Of a stretch of DNA of 64,000 nt, positions 1-12,290 are shown piece by piece; the first letter of the stretch is position 1; each line of letters opens with the position of its first letter. A program made the position numbers and the translations under genes. Below the pieces are notes generated by a model that saw nothing but the letters and a program-made list of their open reading frames with translations, was not told the origin of the DNA and did no database searches. The DNA comes from Paragordius varius (Eukaryota > Animalia > Nematomorpha): the NCBI GenBank assembly GCA_964247055.1, contig OZ176051.1, positions 12,896,001 through 12,960,000 of the forward strand, written 5' to 3'.

Positions 1-125
1 CTGATCACAATACTATAAGGAATCAGAATATATTTAGTAAATTGAGTCCAGAAAATTGACCCCATTATTTGTTGCACAGTGTTATCATTGTAGATATTTT
101 TAATATATAGATAAGCTAAAATCAT

Positions 126-845
126 ATAGTTAGGGTTTCTATAAAATCTCAACTCAAATGGCGTTTCTCTTTTAACACACTTAAAATACAAATTTTTTTT
201 ATAAAATTATAAAATAATTTTTTTAAATTATTTACTAGCTAAACTCACTATTAAAATCTTAACATTCATTTTTTATTCAGTAAAAAAACTTATTTATCAA
301 AATAAAATCAAAAATATTGCTTTTATTTTTCCATTTTTTGTCATCTGTTTTATGAGTGTATAAAACATTCATACTGTTTTATTTTGGAATCCTACATGAG
401 TGGGAATTATAAAGTATGTGATTTATGCAAAATAGGATAAAAAGTATTGGAATATCACCAACAATCCGTACAGATCCCAATAAAAATATTAATTTGTCTT
501 GAAACAGATTTGTTACAAGGATTTTAAGAATTTTTGGTTGATATTCCACTACTTTTAAATCCTATTTTGCATAAATTATATGGTTTATAATTCCCACTCA
601 TGTAAGATTCCAAAATAAAACAATATAAATTTTTTATACACTCATAAACCAGATGACAAAAAAATAAAAAGCAATATTTTTGGTTTTTATTTTAATCTAA
701 AATGTTAAGATTTTAATAGTGAGTTTAGCTAATAAATAATTAAAAAAAATATTTTTGTATAATTTCATAAAAAAAATTTTTTTTTAAGTGTGTTAAAACA
801 AAAACGCCATCACTTGAGCTGAGATTTTATAGAAACCCTCACTAT
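126..845. mobile_element. Foldback/MITE-like element with ~330-bp imperfect terminal inverted arms
   Basis: 126-~460 (atagttagggtttctataaaatctc...) is the reverse complement of ~535-845 (...gagattttatagaaaccctcactat) with scattered mismatches. The spacer is ~75 bp and there is no ORF. Confidence 0.75.
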
Positions 846-2355
846 TTTATTTTAGGCTATTTTGAAATTATCTCCTAAAATGATAATAACCCTTATATCT
901 CATATTTTATCATTATTTTTTATCCTTAATTATCCTTAATTTTAACTTTTTTCCGATTTTGATTTTCTCCTATTTCAAGAATTAGGTCGTCAACAAATAA
1001 AAAATCTTGAGGCAAATGAATTCCTGGTCATAAGCTATATCACAAAAAAAATTTGTTAAAAAATTAACTCACTTTTTTGCACACAGTGTTATGACTCGTT
1101 ATTTTGATAAACGCACCTTAATATGATAATTACTTTGCCAATAGTATTTTAAATCGATCAAAATTTTTACCTTATGATGAATAGTTTTTCGGATTGAACT
1201 TAGACATTAACACCTAAAAAATAATTTAAAAAGGAAAATATATTGCATTTAGCATTTTTGCTAAGATTTTTGATATAAAGTATTTTACCAAATAAAATTG
1301 ATTTTATTTTCTATTTTTTTCTCAGGCTGAAAAGTCACGGAGGGCGGCATGTTGTACACCCCTGCTATATGCCATAAAAGAGTAGTTATTCCTGAAAATT
1401 GCAATTCTCTACATACAAATTAACACTTCATTTTTTATTTTTTATACTTGATTACCTTTTGGAGTAGTTTTCTTCCCTTAAAACAGTAAACAAACAAGTA
1501 TTCTGAAAGTTTTTTGGTAATTGGTTTATTAAACCGTTTTTTTCTGTATTAGATAATAAAACTTATAATACAATTTATAACTTCTAAATTCCGTAATTCA
1601 GATTCACACAATTAAAACCAACAGCTGATACTAAAATCTATAAATATTAAATGGGCTGGTGGAATTTAAGCTTTCCATTATTTATTGATAATTTACAACC
1701 ATAAATACATGTATTTTGTCTGTTGTATTCACGATATCAAAAATTAACGAAACTGGCGGCGAAAAGTTTGAGATGAGGATTTTTTACACTTTTACTTTAA
1801 AAAAATTATATATGCGCCTTAAAAGCTAAAGAAAGCACATTTTTATATTTGGCCTAATGTATCTTTTAAATTTTAATTCGCCCTGGAATAAACTACCCCA
1901 AAAGGTCATGAAATGTTGTATCAAATATTGATTCATAAAACGGAAAGTTTTTTTGTATTTCAATTTGTTTGAAATGAAGACCATTTTTATGTTAGGTTGA
2001 TAGCAATAATACCATTTAAAAAGAGTTCGCTTTGGACCTTGTAGATTCGCACACAGTGCCTAACTTAAAAATATTGACTTAACCGAATTTATCATGATAA
2101 AAATCGAACATTTGCAATACTAGTTTTCTACGTTTTACGTCTTTTATGAAACAAATAAAAAATATTGACATTGAAAATCCAAATGTCACTAACATTTTTG
2201 ACCGTAAAAATCAAATTATGTCAAATTTATTATTAAATTTGAATTTGGGTAATTTTTGGAACAGAACCAAAATTGAGAGAACATTTTCAGCCTTGTAAAA
2301 ACTAAAACCCTTAAATAAACAAAAATATTTTGAACAAATTTAGCAAGTTAATGAT

Positions 2356-2366
2356 TTCTATATAAG
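2356..2366 (+). promoter_or_regulatory. Putative TATA box of the secreted-protein gene
   Basis: ctatataagg lies ~55 nt upstream of the ATG at 2415. TATA-like words are common in AT-rich DNA, so this rests on position only. Confidence 0.35.
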
Positions 2367-2414
2367 GAGGCACATTTTTTAATGACTTATTTACTTTTTT
2401 TCTGATAAAATATC

Positions 2415-5232
2415 ATGAACTACATACTTATTCTTGCTTCTCTGCTCATTGCTAATGTGCACTTTGTCAATTGTATGATAACAAAAAACATAGAGATTCA
2501 GGTTGGTAGATCTGTATATGAAAGAGTTGTCGGTAAATTTAATGGGATGTCCAATGTCACCCTTCGATTTTCTGGTAAAACTTTCGAATACACCAATATC
2601 ACTTATGCAAGCCTGTTGGAAAAAAGTTTTACCGCTAAATATGCTTTGGTGAATGGAATGTATACAGTCCTAAGAAATGGAATAACAAAAACTACCGGGA
2701 TTATTAGTTTGATTCGTAAGTTTTCATAAAATAAATTTATTTTATATGAGATAAGTGTTACAATTTCCGCGATATTTGTAGAAGGAAATATCGCAGCTAA
2801 TCACTCATCTCCCAAATCTTGTTTTATAAAAGATAAAAATGTATATACAATTTATATTCAAATTTTTTATTTATTCATATCCTTTTATTGCCAAAATACA
2901 TATTAAATAAATTGGCATTTAATATTTCAAACAAATCGAATTGGCTTAAAATGGATTGAGGTAAAAATTTGAGCTTGTTTAAAATTAATTGTGCGCTATC
3001 TGACTAAAAACACAACTACTTGACTAAAAATTATATAAATTTTAACAATTTTTAATTTTTTTCTCATTTTAGCTGTAACTGAAAGATACTCTATGTCGCC
3101 AGGTGGTAACGTTGATATCTCATTCAAGCCTTTTGAATATTATTACTCTGTTAATGCAAAGTATATGGCTAAAGTTATCAACAAAGGTAATAATAATAAA
3201 ACCAAAACATACGAGCTAACAGCATATGGTTGGGTAATCCCAAGACTATACGGCTTTGATAATTTGGGAACATATGAAGTTTACATCAATGATTCTCTTA
3301 TAAAAAATATCATTTTCTCTTTGAATCCCGTTTCAGCATCCACTTATAATTCATACAATAAACGCTTCGTGTATAATGACAACTGCAGAGCTCATTTCGA
3401 GGACCAATTATTAAAAAAATCATGTCGATTAGACTTAATCAACGAATTAAATCAAACTGTGCAAACGGGTATCGGAGAAATAAAAATCAATCATACACTC
3501 GCTAAGAGTGAGAAATACCGACTATACGCTAACAATATGTTAATCCGTGAATGGAATATCAATCAAAGAGGTAAGGAAATATAACTTAATATATGGTTTA
3601 GTTAAATTTAATATATATCTGCAAAATATTTCAATAACTTATATTTTCTCCTGCTAATATTTCCAGAAGTCATAAAATCAACTTTTTTACATATATCCTT
3701 TTACCTAAATTTATAATAAAATTTCATTTTTATTAACAATATCGCTTAGATTTAGTTATAACAACCAACCCAAAGGATATGGCCCGAAGCAATGCCAAAA
3801 CTCAATTTGTAAGATTAAGTAAAGCTTTTTCTAATATAATATATATATAGCCCGTTTAATTAAAATTTGAGCATCATACAAAATAAGTTTAATTTATTCA
3901 TATTAATATTTTTCATATAACTTTTAGCCAAAAGTACCATTAAATACTATCAATGTGATATACCTACAAGCTTTTATACCCTCGGTTGGCAAAAGGACAA
4001 AACCGAAATCTTTAATTCCCTTTATGAATATTCTAACGATATAAGTTCCTTTATGGAAGAAAAAAGATTGGTATTACGCGTCTTCTGGCCTCTTTCGCAC
4101 AGAATATTATATTTATTAAAAGGAAATTCCCTGCATGAAATCAAATTGAAACCACAAACTTGCCCAAACAAAACGCAAGGTAATTCCGAAAAAATAAAAA
4201 ATATTAAATAAAAAAATTATAAGGCGAATCTGTTTATACCGAATTCCTAACCTTGTTAGACACCACGGTCGACTTTAATAACGGATGAACTAATGTTAAA
4301 CTATTCAATACCGACATTTTTTGCATACGCCGTAACTCTTAGAGGGAGCTGTGTTATAATGTAATAAAAATAAAAAGTTAAAAAGATAGACAATTTTGTT
4401 CGAAAACGGGTTCTTGTCAACTTACAAAGCCAAATGTATATGTGTTTTTTAAGAAAGTGTCAAAGTAGTTTATTCCGTATAATGAACATGAAGTTGTTGG
4501 CTTTATACATTTACGTGTAGGCCCATTTAAAAATAGAATGGATGTTTTTGCTTTTAGTTCGGTGAAAATTATCGAGCCATCATAAAATTAGCTCTTGTGT
4601 TCAGCGCTAAAATTTAGCGTTTTTCTAAAAAAAAACTAACCTATAAATATTTTCTGGAATCGATTTTCAGAAAAATATATCTTATGGAACCAGATGATCT
4701 ATTTATATTGGAATTAGTTGCATAAATGTTTATGCGATAAGAAGAGAGTGCTTTTAAAAAAGTGAATTATGGGTACAGATCCACCTTATGTATGAACGCT
4801 TCCAAATATCGTGTTAAGGAATAATTTTCGGAAAACGTCTATCCCCTTTTAATTCAATAAAAACCATCAATTTTTATAAATGCGTTGTTAAAACTATTTA
4901 AAAAAATCCTTCTTTTGATCATAAAAATTTTCTTACCCTACATTAAATTTTTAAACTGCATGTCTAGAATATATGGTTCATTTTACAGTAAATATTAAAA
5001 AAATATTTTTCAAGATATCACCTGGGACAATAAGAAAGGCATTTGGGAACAAATCAGAGGATATCTTCTACCAACTCAGCAAATGACACGAGTTACATTA
5101 ATTCAACCATCTTTTAGCAGAGGGTTTTATTGCACACCTCATCATTGTATAGGAGATTACTTGAAAGTTGGCGATAAGATACACATCATAAGCGACTCAT
5201 TGAAATTCAATATAATTAAAACCATAAATTAG
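2415..5232 (+). CDS. Multi-exon orphan secreted protein (~420-445 aa): signal peptide, three internal beta-sandwich-like repeats, Cys-containing C-terminal region
   Basis: Exons 2415-2715 (donor gtaagt), 3073-3570 (tttag acceptor, gtaagg donor), 3928-4179 (tttag/gtaatt) and 5015-5232 (caag acceptor, TAG stop). All introns are phase 1 and the joined frame is open. An optional in-phase mini-exon lies at 3750-3818. N-terminus MNYILILASLLIANVHFVNC is hydrophobic. The first two exons are well supported, the 3' exons less so. Confidence 0.65.
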
Positions 5233-5289
5233 TTCATTATTTTACAGTAACAAATAAATTACAATATATTTATTAATAGATAAATACTT

Positions 5290-5610
5290 GTGTATCATAG
5301 ATGTGAAATTATACGGAAAAAACCTAAAAATATAAAGACAAATATTTTTTTCTAACGGACAAGATTTTAACATAAATAAATACCTACTTTTTTAAACCTT
5401 AATTTTTCCAACATTAACTATTTGATTACATTTTCAAATGATATAATTGAGTCTATTAACAATTTACATAACAAATTCTTATCCTGTAACCCAAAACAAT
5501 AAGTAATATCTGAGCAAATTGAATTTGAATAAATATGATGGTTCTTTAGAAAAAAATATTTGTCTTTATATCTTCACACTTTGTCCGTATAATTTTAATT
5601 TTGCATCATA
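5290..5610. mobile_element. MITE family A copy (inverted ends aaattatacgga...aaaatataaagacaaatattttt)
   Basis: Inverted pair at ~5290-5350 and ~5550-5610. The same motif recurs at ~29596-29660, ~33070-33130 and ~51250-51720. Confidence 0.6.
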
Positions 5611-6430
5611 GGTGTGAAATTGGGCGGTATCTATTCGATTTTCGGTCATATAATTTTGAAGATCGAGTCGATGGTGAGCTTTTAGAAAGATGCATTAGGC
5701 TTACTCGATATATACATGCAAAATAAAGGGATAAATCAAACAGTTTACTATAAATTTTTTTACACTTAATTCTCATAATTCAAAACGGCTAAATAGCATA
5801 CAATTAGAGTAAAAAATGGAAGGCACATTTACATGCAATCTATTTGAATATTTTCAATACTTTTTATTTTTAGTAAAAACGTTTTTTAGAGTTTGGTATA
5901 TATCAAAAACTAAGTTTTTAACAAATTTTTATATGTAATATTTTTTATATTAGTCTTATTTCTGAATAAACCGGTAGGCCGCATTCAAAAACTATGCGGG
6001 CATATATAAATATTTTATATTACATAAGATTGTAAAAAAATATGGGGACTATATAACTACCACAAATTAGTTGCCGAAATTCGGTAAGAATTCAGATAAA
6101 TTTTGTCGTAATGTTCATTTACTGGAAATTTTAAACTTTAGATTTTAATTGATGATATTCAGGTTTTTCACGACCATACATATATCGCGGACCGCCGGCT
6201 GCGCTTTGGACATCTCTGTTCTAAATGTTTAACATGTTTCAAAGCAAGCCGAAAAACCCTTTGTTTAAAAAAGTTAAATTTTTGAAGGATCGTTGGCTAT
6301 TTTCTTTCTTATTACATAAAATATATATACATGTATATAACCGTAAAAATTATTGGCTATTACAAAACATTATTTTTAAAAAATGGTAAAAGCAGGTTTA
6401 TTTCAGCCCAATATTATTGGTTTATTAAAG

Positions 6431-6677
6431 CAGGGGTGGCCAACACGCGAATCGCGACGCATGGCCCTCCACTTTATATGCGCCCCGCGAAAATTTTATT
6501 CATAAATTATAAAAATATGCTTACAAAATCTTAATTAAATTGATATTTCCAAACCAATTTTTCTAAATATGTCTATCCAATTGGCAAGAACTAAAAAAAT
6601 GCTATTTTTTTAAGTTTATGAATACCCATATACATTTTGAATGCGGCCCGCGAAGCCATTTGTGTTGGACACCCCTT
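6431..6677. mobile_element. Non-autonomous hAT MITE
   Basis: TIRs caggggtggccaac / gttggacaccccct-like, with internal gcggcccgcg subterminal motifs typical of Charlie/hAT MITEs. No clean TSD. Confidence 0.7.
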
Positions 6678-6990
6678 AAAAGACTTAATAATTTTTAATT
6701 TGGTAAACAAAAGATAAGGAAGTTATAAAAAAATAAATTCTATTAATTATATAGAGCTTTGTAAATTGGGCAAATGTATATAAATTAATATATTTTTTAG
6801 TATAGGAAAATTAGCGGCCCCAAATTATGGTGAAAACTTATTTTAATTATGTTTTGTTCTAAAACTAACTGTTTTGATGTTATAATTTAAAAAAATTATC
6901 GCGCAATATCCCATATTTTGTGTTAATCCTGAGAAAATTAGCTTACTCCGGATATCACAAACCTGTGACTTATGATTATGCTTATAATCA

Positions 6991-8450
6991 TCATTTGTAT
7001 GGGAGTTCGCCATCAAATGACGGTACACCCGTTTTTTCCAATCTTTTCTTGATATTTAAATTAAGCAATTCAAGGTCTATTGTGTTGAGCCATGTGGTAT
7101 ATGGTCGACCGGATTTTGCTGATAGTTCAACCGAGTAATTTTTCATAGTTTTAAGAATATGGTTATTTGCCGTTTTCAACATGTCCAGCCCATTGTAACC
7201 GGAGATTCCTGATGACGTTGTTGATGGGGTCGAGATTGAGTATATGGTACGGGTTTATGGATTCGGTATAATTGAATTTAGATATAATTTAAATTCAGCG
7301 TTTATGAGTTTAGATTCCTTTGTTTTTGACATCGGCCAGGATTCGGACGTATGTAAGGACTGGACGAATGGCTGTGTTGTAACACTTAGTTTGTATTTTG
7401 ACGAATTTATTATTTATTAATATTTTTAACGAATGGTATTTTTTACACATTTGTGATATGCGATGTTTAATTGCATTTTCTATTCCACCACCGGCTAATA
7501 TTATATCGAAGTAGCAGAAAGTGCTTACTGTTTTTATATTGAAAGGGCTGGAAATTATGTTGATTGTTAAATTATTCATATTATTATTATTATTATTTAA
7601 TTCCGAGCATTTGTATTTTTTATCGTAATCATTTAGAGATAGACTGCTACATTTTTTGTGTACCCAAAAAAACAAGAATTACAGCGTACGGAGTTTAATT
7701 TAACTTCTTTTTTACATATGCTGCACGGGTTTTTAGAGATTATCGGACATTAATTTAGTTTTGGAGAAATTGACTTTAAGTCCGTAACTTTGTAGGGTGC
7801 CATTCCACAAACGAATTTTCGCTATGAGATCGCTTTCGGTTGTCGATGTTATTAAGAGATCACCGGCATAAAGTGTTTGGTGAGGCATGCCGGTTGCGAT
7901 GTCTTTATTTATTTCTTCCATAATGACATTGAAGAGGGTCGGGCTTAATTTGAATCCTTGGTGGAGTCCATTTTTTATCAAAAATTTTTAATTAGTCCAA
8001 GTGGAGTTTTAATTTTGGCTCTGGTATTTCCGTATAAGAGCATTATTGAGGTTATCGGCCATTCGTCAATGCATTGACGCCTAAGAGCCCATGGTATAAG
8101 GTCTCTTAAAATGGCATCAAAGGCTTGTTCCATGTCAAGAAAAGCGTAGTAAAAGGAGCTTTTTTAATGTATGCGCTTTGAGGTTGCTCAACGTGAATGT
8201 GGCATCTATTCTACTTCTGCTTGCCCGGAACCCGCATTTCTTTTCCTTAAATGCAATTGGGCACTTTGGAGAGAATTACTTTTTCATACACTTTCATAGT
8301 GTGATCTAGTAACTTTATTGGCCGGTAGGATTTGGGCAGGAGTGGGTCTCGTTTTTTATATATGAGAATGATATGGCTGTTTTCCCAGTCAGCTGGGATT
8401 TTTTCTTCTTTTATTATATTGTAGAATATAATTCATTTTCGACACGTAAA
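6991..8450 (-). mobile_element. Decayed RTE-like non-LTR retrotransposon fragment (RT and C-terminal region)
   Basis: GLHQGFKLSPTLFNVIME and LYAGDLLI (RT motifs, 7733-7981), YNTAIRPVLTY (7310-7675), GRPYTTWLNTI (6991-7182). Frameshifted. Confidence 0.85.
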
Positions 8451-8510
8451 TAGTATAAAATATATCGATTTCATTTAAAAACGTGTCATATAAAAAATAA
8501 ATAAAAATTG

Positions 8511-8553
8511 CGTACGGTTTCGGACACTATAAAGGATGTCCGTCCTCAGCGTT
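8511..8553 (-). ncRNA. Minimal hammerhead-ribozyme-like motif (degenerate type I, Penelope-associated style)
   Basis: Minus strand reads aacg CUGAGGA c GGACA uccuuuauag UGUCC GAAAC c GUA cg: core boxes, 5-bp stem II and a GUA triplet. Stems I and III are weak. Confidence 0.45.
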
Positions 8554-8843
8554 AAAAAATATAAATGGATGTAGAGATAATGGTTGTTCTTTATATACAA
8601 TTTAAAATAATTTATTGTTGTATTTCTAACATAATAAGTTAAATTTTGTCACTGAGAGTGGTTGAAATCATGTCAAACAAACAAACTAATTACGAGACAT
8701 AAGTTACTTAAATAATGAAAAAAACACAAAAATAATAAGGAACAACAACATCGAGTCATAAAACAAAAGAGTCCATGATCAATCATCAAGAATGACTTTC
8801 CATATATATATTTTGTCCTTCTCGGTTAAAACTGTTTCCCTTT

Positions 8844-10480
8844 TGTAACTTATGCATTTTTTATATATATGTTACAAATTGTAGTGATGATAATATTTGC
8901 ATAGTCAATCTATATTTTTGTGTTATGATGTGAATAACATATCCATTCGTATATCTTTGTACGTATCATGCAAATACCGTAATCGATGATTCTTAATTTT
9001 ATTTGTTTTATTTATGATGCAAATTACTTTCCCAAAAATTGTATGAACATTCTAAAATTATTAAATATACCAGTATTAAAACTCTCTTAATATTTTCATT
9101 TTCGTTTTGGTGGCCAATCAAATTCCGAATTAATCTAACGTAACATTGGATACACTACCGAGACCCAAACTCGGATGGTTGGATCTAGAGTCCAGAGCGC
9201 AACAAACATGACAATGCCAATTGTTAATATCGCCAACATAGGCATCGAAAAATATAATGATAATACCTATTATAACAATGGTATTAATTGTAATCGATTA
9301 CAACAATCATAACCTCGGACACATTCATGCAAGGGTTATGGGAGTATTCATGGACCAAACAAATGTGCCTGGAACTGCAATCGAATGCGAAAACCCAACC
9401 ACTTCGCTAAAATATGTGGAACGATAAACGCTGCCAGGAGTTTGTTCAACTGCCAAAATGTCACGATGGACAGTAAAAATGATGATAAGCAATACAAAAC
9501 GACAATTTATCTACGATGCAGATGCCGATATCAGTGCCGTCAACTTGGAAGCATGGAAGCAAGTTGTTAATTAAACTTGATAAAATTGTTAATTTTCCTA
9601 ATCTATTAAAACAAGAATTAGGCTGTTACAGTGAGCCGGTAAAAGTTTACAAAGCCTCCCTCAAGGTTTGGCCTTCTTAACGAGTGCCGTTTCACCTAAA
9701 AGAAAAAGAGGAGAAAGAACTCCTACGCAGAAGTAGACATTCTGTGAACCAGCAAATCCCAATATCACACCGCTTATATGGGCCACGCCAACCGTCAACG
9801 TAATGAAAGCAAAGGGAGATCTGAGAATCTGTAGCGACTTAGAATCATAATCAACGAATGGTTGCGGAAGACTCCCACATTATTTAACGTTTGATGATTG
9901 GGTAAGTAAGATTGGCGCGGACAAGCTTTCAATATTGATCTGTAAGACGCCTACCTTCCCAGGCCGATAGCTAAAGAGTCAAAACTTTTAACAATTTGAG
10001 GATGGTTTCCGTTACGAAAGGTTACCTTTCTGATTCTCAACAGCACCTATAATATTTGAGTGAGATGGAGCAATTTAACAAGTAATGGTCCCAGATGGCG
10101 TGAGAAAGCATAGATCAATGAAACGCGTTGACACACCCAACACATGATGTTTGTTACCTTTCAAACTAGTTTTATGTTTTTACCAAAGGCTGCAGTGATG
10201 TTAATCATGTATTTTTTGTAAATATGTTACAAATTGTAGTGATGATAATATTTGCATAGTCATTTTATATTTTTGTATTATGATGTGAATAATATATCCA
10301 TTCGTATATCTTTATATGTATCATGCAAATACCGTAATGCGATTCTTAATATTATTTGTTTTATTTGATATCCTGCAAATTACTTTTACAATAATTGTAT
10401 AAATACACCGTAGAATTATTAAATAAATCAGTCTCAAAACTCTCTTAATATTTTCATTTTCGTTTTAACTACGTTGCTGG
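8844..10480 (+). mobile_element. Internally deleted Ty3/gypsy derivative: LTR - gag remnant - LTR
   Basis: Two diverged LTR copies (~8844-9105 and ~10199-10480) share tgttacaaattgtagtgatgataatatttgcatagtc..., each followed by (t)ggccaatcaaattccgaattaatc. The internal part keeps a zinc-knuckle remnant (KPNHFAKIC) and is homologous to 45185-45890. Confidence 0.7.
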
Positions 10481-12290
10481 CCAATCAAATTCCGAATTAA
10501 TCCATTTAGAATGGGTCAATATCGCAGCTGAAGAGGCCAAATTCAATGAATCGATTGAGAAACTTATTCGGGATGCTTTCGTCATTGGTTTACGGCAACC
10601 TCAATTGGAAATCGATATACATTCAAAGTACCCCGAAGCCGAGATCAACGGGCAACCCGTGCCTCGAGAAACGATAAGGGATCTCGCACTAGCACACGAG
10701 GCTGCTAGGGCAGGTCTTCATAACAATAATGATAATACCAATTATAACAATGGTAATAATTTAAATCGATTACAACACACCAATAATAATAAGGCCATGC
10801 GTTTACGACAGTCAGCAGCAAAACCCCTATCACATTCGTGCAGCCGTTGTAGGAGTCGCCATGAACCAAATAAATGTCCTGCCTGAAACCGCAATTGCAA
10901 TAAATGCGGAAAATCCAACCACTTCGCTAAAATGTGTAGATCAAAAAACGCTGCCAAGAGTATATTCAACCGCCAGATCCATAGAAAAGCAATGCCAACG
11001 TCACCATGGACCGTAAGAATAATGATAAATAATACAGAAAAGAATTTTTCTACGACACAGGAGCCGATATCAGTGTTATCAACTTTGAGACATGGAAGCA
11101 AGTTGGTAAGCCAAATATTAGATCCTTACCGCCAGTAAAAGCCCACAACAATAGTATAGTGCCCCTGCTGGGCGCAATAACAGTTACAGTGCAAATTAAT
11201 GGGCAAAACTTGGGGAAAAGCAGAATGTTGTGTACTGAAAAAAAATGTCAAAGGCACCTCTTAACAATTGCAACGCACAAGGGATTTTTCCGCTACAAAA
11301 GGATGCCTTTCGGACTGTCAACAGCACCAATAATTTTTCAACGAGTGGACCAGGTTATAAAAGACTGTCCAGGCACTTCCGCATATTTAGATGATGTTTT
11401 AGTAACTGGCAAATCTGAACAGGAGTATTTAATAAATCTTAAAAATGTTTTAAATCGGTTAGAATTGGCAGGTTCTAAATTAAGAGAAGATAAAATAAAA
11501 ATTGGTGAACCTTCAGTTAGTTATCTGGGATTTGAAATAAATAAAGGTATAAGTCCTTGCAAGAATAAAGAAAAAGCAATCAATGATATTAAAAAACTTG
11601 TGGATAAAAAGTTTTTTAGTTTTTTAGGATTTTTAACGTTCCATGAAAGATTTATACCCAAGCTTCAATTGATTGTAAGTGTACATAGTTTAACAAATAA
11701 GAACGTTATATGGAACTGGTGGGAAAAACAGGAGAAAAGTTGGAAAGCAGCGAAGGTATTATTAAGTGAACAAGTATTTTTAACACCATACAATCCGGAT
11801 AAATTATGAAACCGATGCCTCAAACATAGGGTTTGGATGTATTTTAAGTCATGTGGTAAATGGTGGGAAACCTATTGCCTATGGTTCAAGAAAACGTAGC
11901 ACTGCAGAACTGACCTACTCAATAGAAAGGGAATTAAAGGCTATTGTTTTTGCATTAGAAAAGTTTCATACTTCGTCTATGGTAGAAAGTTTGAAATTTT
12001 GACAGTCCACTTACCACTGGTTAGGTTAATAGAGGGATAGAAATTTGAAAGAAATTCAGAATGTCAAAATTTTAAGATGGGTTAACCGACTGAATGATTA
12101 AATTTTGAATTAGGTTATCAGGCGGGTCCGAAAAATAGAGCTGATTACTTGTCTAGATGCATCGGGGAAGCTAATGTTGACACATTTGATATGGAATATG
12201 TGGTAACGAAACATCTTAGGTTCCTAAATTGACATAACTTTCATTTAAGTCGAGATTAGATCCGGAGAGAGACAGTTAAGGATCCGGCGC
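10481..12290 (+). mobile_element. Ty3/gypsy gag-pol remnant (CCHC gag, RT, RNase H), truncated
   Basis: CSRCRSRHEPNKCPA..C..CGKSNHFAKMC knuckles; HKGFFRYKRMPFGLSTAPIIFQ and AYLDDVLVTG (RT); TDASNIGFGCILSH..PIAYGSR (RNase H). Confidence 0.9.

Noticed and set aside
4224-4590. Coding-looking stretches in the last intron of the secreted gene (e.g. RQFCSKTGSCQLTKPNVYVFFKKVSK*FIPYNEHEVVGFIHLRVGPF)
   Set aside because: I could not find GT-AG boundaries that join them in phase, and the best frame has an internal TAG. They may be decayed or missed exons, so they were left out of the model.
7205-7235. Second hammerhead-like CUGAUGA motif
   Set aside because: No GAAA box (GAGA) and no convincing stem II.
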